This document shows, one piece after another, positions 1 to 7,839 of a DNA stretch of 64,000 nt (positions are counted from its first letter, which is position 1; each line of letters opens with the position of its first letter). The DNA lies in contig JAJYOJ010000002.1 of assembly GCA_021796235.1 (NCBI GenBank), forward strand, positions 34,660 to 98,659. The letters run 5' to 3'. The notes under the pieces are model-generated. The model did not search any database. It was not told where the DNA came from and was given only the letters and a program-made list of their open reading frames with translations. The stretch comes from a bacterium. GTDB lineage: Bacteria > Patescibacteriota > Microgenomatia > UBA1406 > GWC2-37-13. The translations under genes were made by a program, and so were the position numbers.

Positions 1-469
1 TATATTGGATAACCGCATTCATAAGTCCCGAATCATTTTGGGGATCCATAACTTTTATGACTCGCGGGCCAGCTGCAACAATATTTTTAGCCCCGTTTGA
101 GTAACTTGAAAGAATAAAAATGCCGAGTTTACTTTGGGATAGCCGGGATGTTGCTTGAGGTGTTGGCGTTGGTATTTGCGTTGCTGTTGGGTTGGCAAAT
201 GGGGTTAGTACATAGACGGTTGGAATCGGTGTTGCCGTCGGTAAAATCGTGTAGCGTTTGGGAGGTACGGTAGGCGCCGGTTTTACCGTGACATAAGGAG
301 AGGGAAGAGGCGTAAAGGTTGGATAAGGAGTTGGAGTCAAAGTCGGCGTTGGTCTTGGCAAAAATCGTAAACTAATTCTTGGGGTATTTCCTAAAAAAAC
401 CGTTTTATTCAAAAAAATAATAATAATAAGAGATAAGGAAATAACTGCGATTATTTTTAGTCTGATCAT
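1..469 (-). CDS. Membrane-anchored Pro/Thr-rich secreted protein; N-terminal part only, the C-terminus lies beyond the window edge
   Basis: Own translation from ATG (rc) at 467-469: MIRLKIIAVISLSLIIIIFLNKTVFLGNTPRISLRFLPRPTPTLTPTPYP... It is open to position 1, which is why it is absent from the ORF track. It has a TM helix, an N(S/T)PR motif and a PT linker like the two neighbouring ORFs. Confidence 0.55.
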   Translation of the reverse strand, partial: MIRLKIIAVISLSLIIIIFLNKTVFLGNTPRISLRFLPRPTPTLTPTPYPTFTPLPSPYVTVKPAPTVPPKRYTILPTATPIPTVYVLTPFANPTATQIPTPTPQATSRLSQSKLGIFILSSYSNGAKNIVAAGPRVIKVMDPQNDSGLMNAVIQY

Positions 470-486
470 TACTGTCCTGTCCAAAA

Positions 487-1515
487 CTACCAATCTTCTT
501 TGTAACGAGTATCCATGAAAGACATCGTATCGCGGACAACTATTTTCACTTCATTACTTTGTGCAGTACCAAAGACCTGTCCAGTTGAGATAACCGGCAA
601 ACTTCCGCGTCCCGAAGCATTATCTTTTTGGTACAAAGCCAAAAGATTCGGATCAACGCAGATATCTAAAAAATAAAAAAGATAACCGCCCAAAAGACTG
701 TCGCTATTGCTGTGAGTGAAAGTTATGTCGGTTGGTGTTGCATAAAGAACCATAAAGACGTGGCCGCCACCGATATCGCGTCCGGCTTTTAGACCTAAAA
801 GCTTTTGACCTGGACTAGCTGCAAGCCCTAACATATGTACAGGATAGTTCGGAGTTGCCACCTGAGGGGCTGCGCTTTTATTATTTTGGAAATCCCATTC
901 AAAAATTTGATAAGTTTTAATGATCTGAGGAAGCGGTCCACCGTAAAGGCTGCTGATCTGCGGTGGCATTTGATTATCAAGTCCATAGTTATTGCCGTTT
1001 CTACTGATAAGGCTTGTGCCCTGATTTACTGGAGTAAATCCGCGTAAGCGCAAATTTATCTCTGGATTGTTTTCGACAGGTCCATTGATTGGTATATCGG
1101 CCGAGGAGCGTTCTGCTCCCAGACTTGTATAATTTTGGCTCGATGTGGTTGGACAAACCGTAAAAGTTGGAGGCGTAGTCACAGTCGGGGTTGGGATGGT
1201 GGGTTGAGGAATAGTGCTTGGTTGCGGGACCGAAGTTGGATTTTGGCTGACAAATTCAGTTTGAGTTAGAGTCGGCGACGGTTCGGGAGTCAGGAAATTA
1301 AACGGCTGGACTGAATAGGTTGGTAGGGGAGTAACAGCTAAAGTTGGCGTAGGAGTCGCGGTTGGTTTTGCGGCAAAAAGTGAATCAAGATATTTTGTGT
1401 TTATTCGCGGCGAATTGGCCAGAAAGAAATTTTGGAGTATAAAAGACACTCCCAAAGCAGCAAGAATTGCGAAAACCAGCTTTAAATTTGCGATTTGCGA
1501 TTTGCGATTTGACAT
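487..1515 (-). CDS. Membrane-anchored Pro/Thr-rich secreted protein (hypothetical)
   Basis: ORF 487..1554. The likely start is MSNRKSQIANLK at 1515. It has an N-terminal TM helix, the motif FFLANSPRIN, a long P/T linker and a globular C-terminal domain of unknown family. Confidence 0.7.
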   Translation of the reverse strand: MSNRKSQIANLKLVFAILAALGVSFILQNFFLANSPRINTKYLDSLFAAKPTATPTPTLAVTPLPTYSVQPFNFLTPEPSPTLTQTEFVSQNPTSVPQPSTIPQPTIPTPTVTTPPTFTVCPTTSSQNYTSLGAERSSADIPINGPVENNPEINLRLRGFTPVNQGTSLISRNGNNYGLDNQMPPQISSLYGGPLPQIIKTYQIFEWDFQNNKSAAPQVATPNYPVHMLGLAASPGQKLLGLKAGRDIGGGHVFMVLYATPTDITFTHSNSDSLLGGYLFYFLDICVDPNLLALYQKDNASGRGSLPVISTGQVFGTAQSNEVKIVVRDTMSFMDTRYKEDW

Positions 1516-1560
1516 GATATTAATATATACATTATTATAGAGATAAATAAACATAACTTC

Positions 1561-3360
1561 ATGAAAAAAAGTCAGAGAGGAGAAATAATAACGCTTTTGA
1601 TGCTTGGTACATTAGTCGTGCTCGGAGTTTCTGCCTTTATTTCTACGGTTTTTTTAAAAAATAAGGCAACGACTTCTTCTAAAGCCGAAGTGGCGCCACC
1701 TGCGTGTACATCTTGCGTAGGCAACCAATGCGTATACCATCCGGAGTTAGATTGTAATACTATTCGCGGGGGGACAAATGTCAGCGGATCAAATTGCTGC
1801 GAAAACACGGGCTGTACCTTAAATAGTCAGTGCGGTGGAGTAAATCCGACTCCTTGTCCAGGTAAAGTCGACGCATCAGGCGCCTGTAATCCTGCCTGTT
1901 GCGATCCGAAACTTGATCCAAAAAATCCCGACGCCAACTGTCCATCAGGCCAAACCTGTACTCATGCCAATGGATACTGTCAGGGAGGATTTTCCTGTGA
2001 ACCTAAGGGGAGTTTAGGAAAAAGTATCTGTACACAAAACCAATGTGCTTGGATATTGTGTGACCCTAATGATTCATCCTGCTGTTCCAGCCAATCAGAC
2101 ACCCGTTGTCAGTATTGTAAAAGCAACAGTGAATGTGTGGGTGTTAATCCGACTCCTCCGACATCGACAGCGAGCAAATGTTTCAGTTTATCAGCCCAGG
2201 TAAGCCAAAAGCCTGTTCAGGGAGGAGTGCAGTTCTCAATCCAGCCAACAATCACGAACCTTGCCAAAATCGGGGCGCACATCCAGATGTGGGTTAACGG
2301 CAATCGGACATTGTTTAATAATTGGAATAAATATCCCGGAACAATAGACTTTGTACCCGGTCAGGAATATTCCGGATCTCCAGTAACCGTATTAAAGGGC
2401 AGATCGGCATCAATAACTTACACGGTTAAGGAAGATGAATGCAATACGCTTGGCAATCAAGATTCTCTTTCCTGCACTTTTCAGGTAGACAATGCAGGCA
2501 ATCCTTATTCAAGTTGTGGCCTGACGAATCCAGCCGCAGTAATTTCAGGGTCGGTTCCACAGGAATCGTCAACTCCAACTTCTGGAAAAACAGCCAATCA
2601 ACCGTGTGTTGCTCCCGCGACTCTTCAGTACCTAGGTTCAACTTTAGAGTGTGTTACGCCAATACCAGTTGCTGAAGGATTGCAATGCACACCACCGGCA
2701 GTACCCCAGTACACCGGTGCAGAAATGCAATGTGTAACTCCGATACCTGTTCCAACTGAAGGGACCAAATCGGTTAGTACCTGTATTAACTACGGAGTAA
2801 ATCCTCCCCAAAAGGATGTCGCTTGTCCTTTTACTCGTACAGAAATCTGCTCTCGTCTTATTAGTCGAAGATTGGCATCGGGCACTCGCTATGTTAAGAT
2901 TGATTGTGGAAATGATGCAAACAAAAATTCATGTTCATATAGTTGCAAAAAAGTCGACGATCTTGTAACAAATAATTATTCTGGTGCCTGTAATTCACCC
3001 GATACCTGTCTTGGATCTTTCGATGCCGCAGAATCAACTGTAAATGCAACTATCAATGCAACACTTATTAATTGCGCCGGTAAAAGAAATATTGCGTCGA
3101 TTTTTGTCCGTGACGCCGATAGCGGAAAAACTTATTCTTCAAAAACTTACAATCAATCGGTAAGTTATAACATCATAGACACATTAAGTTTTCAACTACC
3201 CAAATATCCTTTGTCTACTGTTAATCTACAATCTTTTGTCAACCTTCAAAATGTTAGCAATCCAAATGATAACGTTGGTTATTGGTCAGAAAACAAAGAA
3301 AGCATAAATTCAGTTCAGGGTGGGTCGGTAAGTTTACAAATTTCTTATACCTGTCAATAA
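1561..3360 (+). CDS. Cys-rich secreted/surface protein with N-terminal signal anchor (hypothetical)
   Basis: 599-aa ORF with an N-terminal TM helix. I count about 40 Cys, about 25 of them within residues ~48-207. Internal repeats are NSQCGGVNPTP/NSECVGVNPTP and LQYLGSTLECVTPIPV/PQYTGAEMQCVTPIPV. Confidence 0.75.
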   Translation: MKKSQRGEIITLLMLGTLVVLGVSAFISTVFLKNKATTSSKAEVAPPACTSCVGNQCVYHPELDCNTIRGGTNVSGSNCCENTGCTLNSQCGGVNPTPCPGKVDASGACNPACCDPKLDPKNPDANCPSGQTCTHANGYCQGGFSCEPKGSLGKSICTQNQCAWILCDPNDSSCCSSQSDTRCQYCKSNSECVGVNPTPPTSTASKCFSLSAQVSQKPVQGGVQFSIQPTITNLAKIGAHIQMWVNGNRTLFNNWNKYPGTIDFVPGQEYSGSPVTVLKGRSASITYTVKEDECNTLGNQDSLSCTFQVDNAGNPYSSCGLTNPAAVISGSVPQESSTPTSGKTANQPCVAPATLQYLGSTLECVTPIPVAEGLQCTPPAVPQYTGAEMQCVTPIPVPTEGTKSVSTCINYGVNPPQKDVACPFTRTEICSRLISRRLASGTRYVKIDCGNDANKNSCSYSCKKVDDLVTNNYSGACNSPDTCLGSFDAAESTVNATINATLINCAGKRNIASIFVRDADSGKTYSSKTYNQSVSYNIIDTLSFQLPKYPLSTVNLQSFVNLQNVSNPNDNVGYWSENKESINSVQGGSVSLQISYTCQ

Positions 3361-3749
3361 TGAAACAGAGGCCGTTTTATTTAAAAATACTGGTTGCTTT
3401 AGGAATTGGTTATTTTATTGCGAGTATACTTACAAAAAATGTTTTTATAGTTAATTCTCCCAGACTTAGACAGAATCTCGGTCAATATCTTTTAGCACAA
3501 TTAACCGGAGTAATTAACAATAGTGGCAGTTTTCTTGCCAATGTAGTCGGCGGTCGAAAAACTCCAGAGCAGGCGTTGGGGAACGTACCTTTGCAACAAG
3601 TTGCTAAAGGTGTCTATGCAAAAAACGGAAACGGTTATTCCTATACTATAATTAAAGAGAACGAAGTTGAGTGGGTAGTCTACAAGACCATCTTAAATGG
3701 TAAGCAAATAACCATTAAGATTCCTAAAGGCCAGATGCCGCCGCCATAA
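3360..3749 (+). CDS. Small membrane-anchored protein (hypothetical)
   Basis: In-frame ATG at 3360 overlaps the upstream stop (TAATG). Sequence MKQRPFYLKILVALGIGYFIASILTKNVFIVNSPRLRQNL: a TM helix followed by the same NSPR motif as ORFs 1..469 and 487..1515. Confidence 0.65.
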   Translation: MKQRPFYLKILVALGIGYFIASILTKNVFIVNSPRLRQNLGQYLLAQLTGVINNSGSFLANVVGGRKTPEQALGNVPLQQVAKGVYAKNGNGYSYTIIKENEVEWVVYKTILNGKQITIKIPKGQMPPP

Positions 3750-3915
3750 AAATGATGGATTTTATAACTGAAAAAGAATCACAAAAAGGCGAAATAATAT
3801 TGTTTATATAAAAGTTGATCCGGGTACACAATACGAGGAAAAAGTTAGCAATTATAATGGTCAACAAATAAAGGTGAGATTTCCCAAGAGAACTTTTAGC
3901 GGACAATAGTTAAAA

Positions 3916-3939
3916 CTCCAATGAATCGATTCATTGGAG
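3916..3939. repeat. Perfect 24-bp palindrome ctccaatgaatc|gattcattggag
   Basis: Read directly; the left half is the exact reverse complement of the right half. It lies in the intergenic region between ORFs 3360..3749 and 3989..4285. Confidence 0.9.
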
Positions 3940-3988
3940 CAAAATAACTTTAGTTGACTTTTAACTTTTAACATTTTATATTAATTTT

Positions 3989-4285
3989 ATGTACATCGGC
4001 CCATTTTACTTCGATACCAAAGAAATCTTCCTTATTTTAGCTGCGATTTTGGTAGGGCTTGCGCTTCAGTTTGGGTGGGGGATGTACTGGTTTGACAAAA
4101 GATCGCTTTTTACAATTATTATTTTAATGCTTGTCACAAAAGGTTTACTGCCCTCGATTCATAACGAAGCATTTTTTATCCTAGCGATAGTTACTATCTT
4201 TTTGACTCTTTACTTGCCGATTTTTCAGATAGTTCTTTTCTACTTCCTAAGTTTTGTTCTTTTCCGTCTTTTGAAAGTAATATAA
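3989..4285 (+). CDS. Small integral membrane protein (hypothetical)
   Basis: 98-aa ORF with three hydrophobic segments and no recognisable motif. Confidence 0.5.
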   Translation: MYIGPFYFDTKEIFLILAAILVGLALQFGWGMYWFDKRSLFTIIILMLVTKGLLPSIHNEAFFILAIVTIFLTLYLPIFQIVLFYFLSFVLFRLLKVI

Positions 4286-4322
4286 TTGACTTTTTCTGCC
4301 AACTTCTTTATTATTGAAATTA

Positions 4323-4973
4323 ATGAAAAAAGAGTTTTTGTCGTGGTTGATTTTATTTTTTTTGACAATTTTAGTTGCGCCTTTATTTGGGACTGTTAAA
4401 GCAGCCTCATTGACTTTTGATCCTCCGAGCGTTTCAACTCCTTCTGCCCAGACTTTTAATGTTAATGTCGATATAAACGCCGGCACGACAGAGGTTAACA
4501 GTGCCACAATCTATGTTTTATACGACCAAAATCTGCTTCAGGTCCAATCGGTGAGTGCCGGAACATATTTTCCTACCGTTACACCTGATTACACGACAAC
4601 TCCCGGCAAAGTTGTAATCATAGCCATGGAAAATGATCCGTCAGTTGTCGCATCCGGCTCGGGTACAATTGCTACGATTGCTTTTTCGGGACTAACCAAC
4701 GGAAGCGGAACCTTGAGTTTTGACTGCCAGCAAAGCAGCGGCAACACCTCGCTTATTACCGATATAAACAATAATAACGTCATTAACTGCGCTCAAAATG
4801 GCACCTCGGCAATTACCATAGGTACGGGTGTTTCAACTGCCAGTTTGTCTGGCACTCTTGCTCCCAGTCCCTCCGCCTTGCCACGAACCGGATTTTTTGA
4901 TAACGTTGTCAAGGCCGCAGTACCTGGCGCCATATTATTAATTGTTGGTGGGGTAGCAAGATTGTTGTTATGA
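4323..4973 (+). CDS. Cohesin-like domain surface protein with LPXTG-type (LPRTG) C-terminal sorting signal
   Basis: Signal peptide. A beta-rich domain (FNVNVDINAGTTEVNSATIYVLYDQNLLQVQSVSAGTYF) resembles cohesin-type modules. The C-terminus ALPRTG + hydrophobic stretch + R is the classic sortase tripartite signal. ATG at 4323; the track start 4314 is TTG. Confidence 0.6.
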   Translation: MKKEFLSWLILFFLTILVAPLFGTVKAASLTFDPPSVSTPSAQTFNVNVDINAGTTEVNSATIYVLYDQNLLQVQSVSAGTYFPTVTPDYTTTPGKVVIIAMENDPSVVASGSGTIATIAFSGLTNGSGTLSFDCQQSSGNTSLITDINNNNVINCAQNGTSAITIGTGVSTASLSGTLAPSPSALPRTGFFDNVVKAAVPGAILLIVGGVARLLL

Positions 4974-5554
4974 AAGATTCTAAAACCATCAGAATAGTTG
5001 CGACAGTAGTTGGTGTAATTCTTGCAATTGGTCTTATTTTCATCGGTTTCAAGGTTTTCTCGAGTGTTTTTACCCGCGCTTCCGACGTTGAACCGCGTGA
5101 CGTAATAATTGGTACAGTTACTCAAAACTCCGCTAACATTTCCTGGTCAACCGGTGTCGTTACCCAAGGCGTGGTTGAATACGGAACGTCGCCGACTGCT
5201 CTGAATTTTTTTGCGCCTGATCAAGCGGCCACCCAAAATCACTCGATCGATCTGACGCTTTTATCGCCGACTACGACGTATTATTTTCAGATTCGGGTGG
5301 GCCAAAATAAATTTGATAACGGAGGAGTGCCCTGGACTTTTACGACCAAAGGAAGTAGTCCAACTACTCAAGCTCCGACTCTGGCTCCGACGAGCCCGGC
5401 TTCCAGTACTTTACCTACTCCAGTCCAAACCCTGGAGATTCCGGCAACCTCCTGCACGTTCACGGACTGCACTCAGATCCGGTCTCACCTAGGCAAAGGC
5501 TGCAGCACACAAGATTATTTTAGATGTCTGAAAAAATTAACGCCAACTCCTTAA
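4970..5554 (+). CDS. Membrane-anchored fibronectin type III-like domain protein
   Basis: TM helix, then NISWSTGVVTQGVVEYGTSPTALN...TTYYFQIRV, an FN3/PAP-N-like pattern. P/T/S-rich tail with 4 Cys. ATGA overlap with the upstream gene. Confidence 0.6.
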   Translation: MKDSKTIRIVATVVGVILAIGLIFIGFKVFSSVFTRASDVEPRDVIIGTVTQNSANISWSTGVVTQGVVEYGTSPTALNFFAPDQAATQNHSIDLTLLSPTTTYYFQIRVGQNKFDNGGVPWTFTTKGSSPTTQAPTLAPTSPASSTLPTPVQTLEIPATSCTFTDCTQIRSHLGKGCSTQDYFRCLKKLTPTP

Positions 5555-6210
5555 ATAGTGCCTGAAGCTCCGAAACTTCCGGGCAAAAGCAGGTTGAGAA
5601 GAAAAGTAAAAGCCGGTCGGATCAAAATATCTAGCATTGAAGTGTTGCCAAAAGGAAAAATAAGCATAAGCAAAAAGATTATTCCGTAGCGTTCGAGTCC
5701 GTACCACTCCTTGGAACGTTTTTCAGAAAGCAGACCGCCAACGATTTTGAATCCATCCAGTGGGTTGATCGGCAAAAGGTTAAAGACTCCCAGAATAACA
5801 TTTAAAGTAATTAAAGGTACAAATAAAATCATTCCTATAGTTATTAAAACAGAAAGATGTAACAATATGAACGATCTTAGTAGTAGAGAAAGTATAAAAG
5901 CTAAAAGAAAGTTAGAAATTGGGCCGGCAATTGAGATTAATGCCGCTTCCTTGCGCGGGTCCTTTAAGTTATAAGGATCAAACTGGACAGGCTTGCCCCA
6001 GCCAAAGCCGACTAAAAGCAAAAAGGCGAGACCGAGTAGGTCAAGATGAACAAATGGATTTAAACTTAGCCTTCCTTGAAGCCTTGGAGTTGGGTCGCCC
6101 AGACGGTCGGCGACGAGCGCGTGGGAAAATTCGTGAATATCGATAGCCACGAGCAAAGCCACGATGTAGATAACGAAAAGAAGTGGATTGGTAAAAAGAT
6201 AATTTAACAT
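5551..6210 (-). CDS. Site-2 protease family zinc metalloprotease (peptidase M50)
   Basis: HEFSHALVADRLGD (HExxH) and NLLPINPLDG (NxxPxxxLDG) motifs in a multi-TM protein. Confidence 0.85.
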   Translation of the reverse strand: MLNYLFTNPLLFVIYIVALLVAIDIHEFSHALVADRLGDPTPRLQGRLSLNPFVHLDLLGLAFLLLVGFGWGKPVQFDPYNLKDPRKEAALISIAGPISNFLLAFILSLLLRSFILLHLSVLITIGMILFVPLITLNVILGVFNLLPINPLDGFKIVGGLLSEKRSKEWYGLERYGIIFLLMLIFPFGNTSMLDILIRPAFTFLLNLLLPGSFGASGTI

Positions 6211-6298
6211 TTAATTTAAATCGAAAAAAAATTCAATACCTTGCTTAGTTTAATTCAGAAATTGAAAATGCTGCTTTAATATGATATCATAAATCCTT

Positions 6299-6637
6299 AT
6301 GTTAGTTTGTTATCATTGTAGAAAAGGTCTTCTTTACGGCCGGAGTCACACTCACCACAGAGGTGTTGCGGGTGGACGCTGGAAGAAAAGAGCGCCCAAA
6401 ACCAGGCGCATCTTTGAATCTAATCTACAAAGAGTAGATATTTTAGTGGGTGGGCAAGTCAAGCGCGTGGTGCTCTGCACAAGGTGTTTAAAACGGGTTA
6501 AAAAGGACATTAAAGACGGCAAAAAACCGTTTGTTCAGCTAGCTCGTTTGAGGACCAAATCCGAAACTCGAAGCACGAAACTCGAAACAAATCCTAAGCT
6601 TAAAAAAAACAAAACAAAAACTGTTTCGAAAATTTGA
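6299..6637 (+). CDS. rpmB: 50S ribosomal protein L28 with basic C-terminal extension
   Basis: N-terminal CxxC...GxxxSH pattern and ...FESNLQRV...VCTRCLKR resemble L28. The tail contains a 14-bp x2 tandem repeat at 6562-6589. Confidence 0.65.
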   Translation: MLVCYHCRKGLLYGRSHTHHRGVAGGRWKKRAPKTRRIFESNLQRVDILVGGQVKRVVLCTRCLKRVKKDIKDGKKPFVQLARLRTKSETRSTKLETNPKLKKNKTKTVSKI

Positions 6638-6641
6638 ATTT

Positions 6642-7277
6642 TTAATACTTCAGCTTCTCTAATTCTCCATCTTTTTCCTCATAAAGAGGGATGTTCTGTT
6701 CAAGCGCCCGTTGGGTGAACATGATGCCCCGGAGATGGTCGACTTCATGCTGGATTATGATTGAGTCAAATCCGCCAAACCACTGTTTTTTTACTTCTCC
6801 GGCCAAATCCTGATATTCAAGAAGAATTCTTCCGCTTCGGGTTATCGGACTCCAGATCCGAGGGATGGAAAGGCAACCTTCAAGCTTCTGGGGAGGTTTT
6901 TTCTTTTGCGACAGTTTCTGTCGCTCGTGCTGCTTCTCTTCTGCGAGGCTCTCCGCCCGGCGGGCGGAATCCGCTTCTCGAAGAGTTTCCTCACTCGCGA
7001 CACCTATTGTATCTTTTACTTGGTTTGAATGTTTTATTATTTTCGGATTTATGAAGACCTGAAGTTTCGCTTTCTTATTTTTTTTAACGATAAAAAGCGC
7101 GAGATCTTCGCCGACCTGAGGAGCTGCCAACCCGACGCCTTGCGGATCAACCTGCGCATCCAGAGTTTTTGCCATCTGATTGACCAACTCGACAATTTTT
7201 TTGTCAATTTTTTTTACAGGTTTTACAGTCGAGGTTAAAATTTTATTTGGAACTACGACTATCTTGAGCATAGGCAA
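6642..7277 (-). CDS. def: Peptide deformylase carrying an extra segment of roughly 40 aa
   Basis: Motifs GVGLAAPQVG, EGCLSIP and QHEVDHLRG are present. Motifs 1 and 2 are about 86 aa apart, versus about 45 in E. coli Def. The extra segment coincides with repeat copy 6916-7008. Confidence 0.9.
   Translation of the reverse strand: MPMLKIVVVPNKILTSTVKPVKKIDKKIVELVNQMAKTLDAQVDPQGVGLAAPQVGEDLALFIVKKNKKAKLQVFINPKIIKHSNQVKDTIGVASEETLREADSARRAESLAEEKQHERQKLSQKKKPPQKLEGCLSIPRIWSPITRSGRILLEYQDLAGEVKKQWFGGFDSIIIQHEVDHLRGIMFTQRALEQNIPLYEEKDGELEKLKY
6916..7008. repeat. Family-1 GC-rich palindromic element, copy A (inside def)
   Basis: About 79% identical (73/92 by hand alignment) to 8148-8238. The 14-nt left end and 18-nt right end are identical. 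Termini form an imperfect inverted repeat, tgtcgctcgtg/cactcgcgaca. Confidence 0.85.
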
Positions 7278-7788
7278 GAAATATGATATTTAATACAAAA
7301 GCCGTAGCCGCCATAAGAGGTATCGAGATATACCCGAGATAAAATTGGTAACCTTTTACGCAGGAAACACCTGAGGCATCGCAGGGTGAAAGTAAAGAGG
7401 AGGGAAAACGTTGTAAAATATATTGATAGATGCCCAAAGCGGCGCCGAGCGTGTTCATTACCAGTAAACAGGGTTTTAAGACCTTTTTACTGCGCAGTAT
7501 TCCAATATATAAAAGAATCGGTTGGGGATACAGTAAAATTCTTTGATACCAACAAAGAGCGCAGGGTTTAAGTTTTACGATGTCAGAGAAAAAAAGACTG
7601 CCCAATATTCCAAATAACGAGATAAGAAATACAAAATAGTACGAATTTTTGCTAAGAATTTTTTTGACCATTTTATGAAGCTCCAAAAGCTTGAATTTTT
7701 CCAGCAAAAAGAGCGTACCTAATCCAGCTATAAAAAGCTCGCCAAGAACTGTCAGGCAGGCCAAAAGCTGCGGAATAAACTTTACCAT
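7243..7788 (-). CDS. DsbB/BdbC-family disulfide bond formation protein
   Basis: Multi-TM protein with CALCWYQRILLYP (CxxC + WYQR, BdbC-like) and a second Cys pair (CDASGVSC). The likely start is MVKFIPQLL at 7788. Confidence 0.75.
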   Translation of the reverse strand: MVKFIPQLLACLTVLGELFIAGLGTLFLLEKFKLLELHKMVKKILSKNSYYFVFLISLFGILGSLFFSDIVKLKPCALCWYQRILLYPQPILLYIGILRSKKVLKPCLLVMNTLGAALGIYQYILQRFPSSLLSPCDASGVSCVKGYQFYLGYISIPLMAATAFVLNIIFLAYAQDSRSSK

Positions 7789-7810
7789 GGAGATATTATA
7801 TAATAAAATG

Positions 7811-7838
7811 TCAAAGCTCAAATCTCAAAGCTCAAATC
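7811..7838. repeat. Perfect tandem duplication tcaaagctcaaatc x2, directly abutting the GT2 start codon
   Basis: Read directly: 7811-7824 = 7825-7838. The ATG of ORF 7840 follows 1 nt later. Confidence 0.9.
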
Positions 7839-7839
7839 T

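Noticed and set aside
835-1047. Antisense and short overlapping track ORFs throughout the window (for example 835..1047+, 1572..1808-, 2426..2641-, 10562..10849+, 26137..26328-, 32580..32828-, 39663..39911-).
   Set aside because: Each lies fully inside a longer ORF on the other strand that carries recognisable family motifs. None has independent support.
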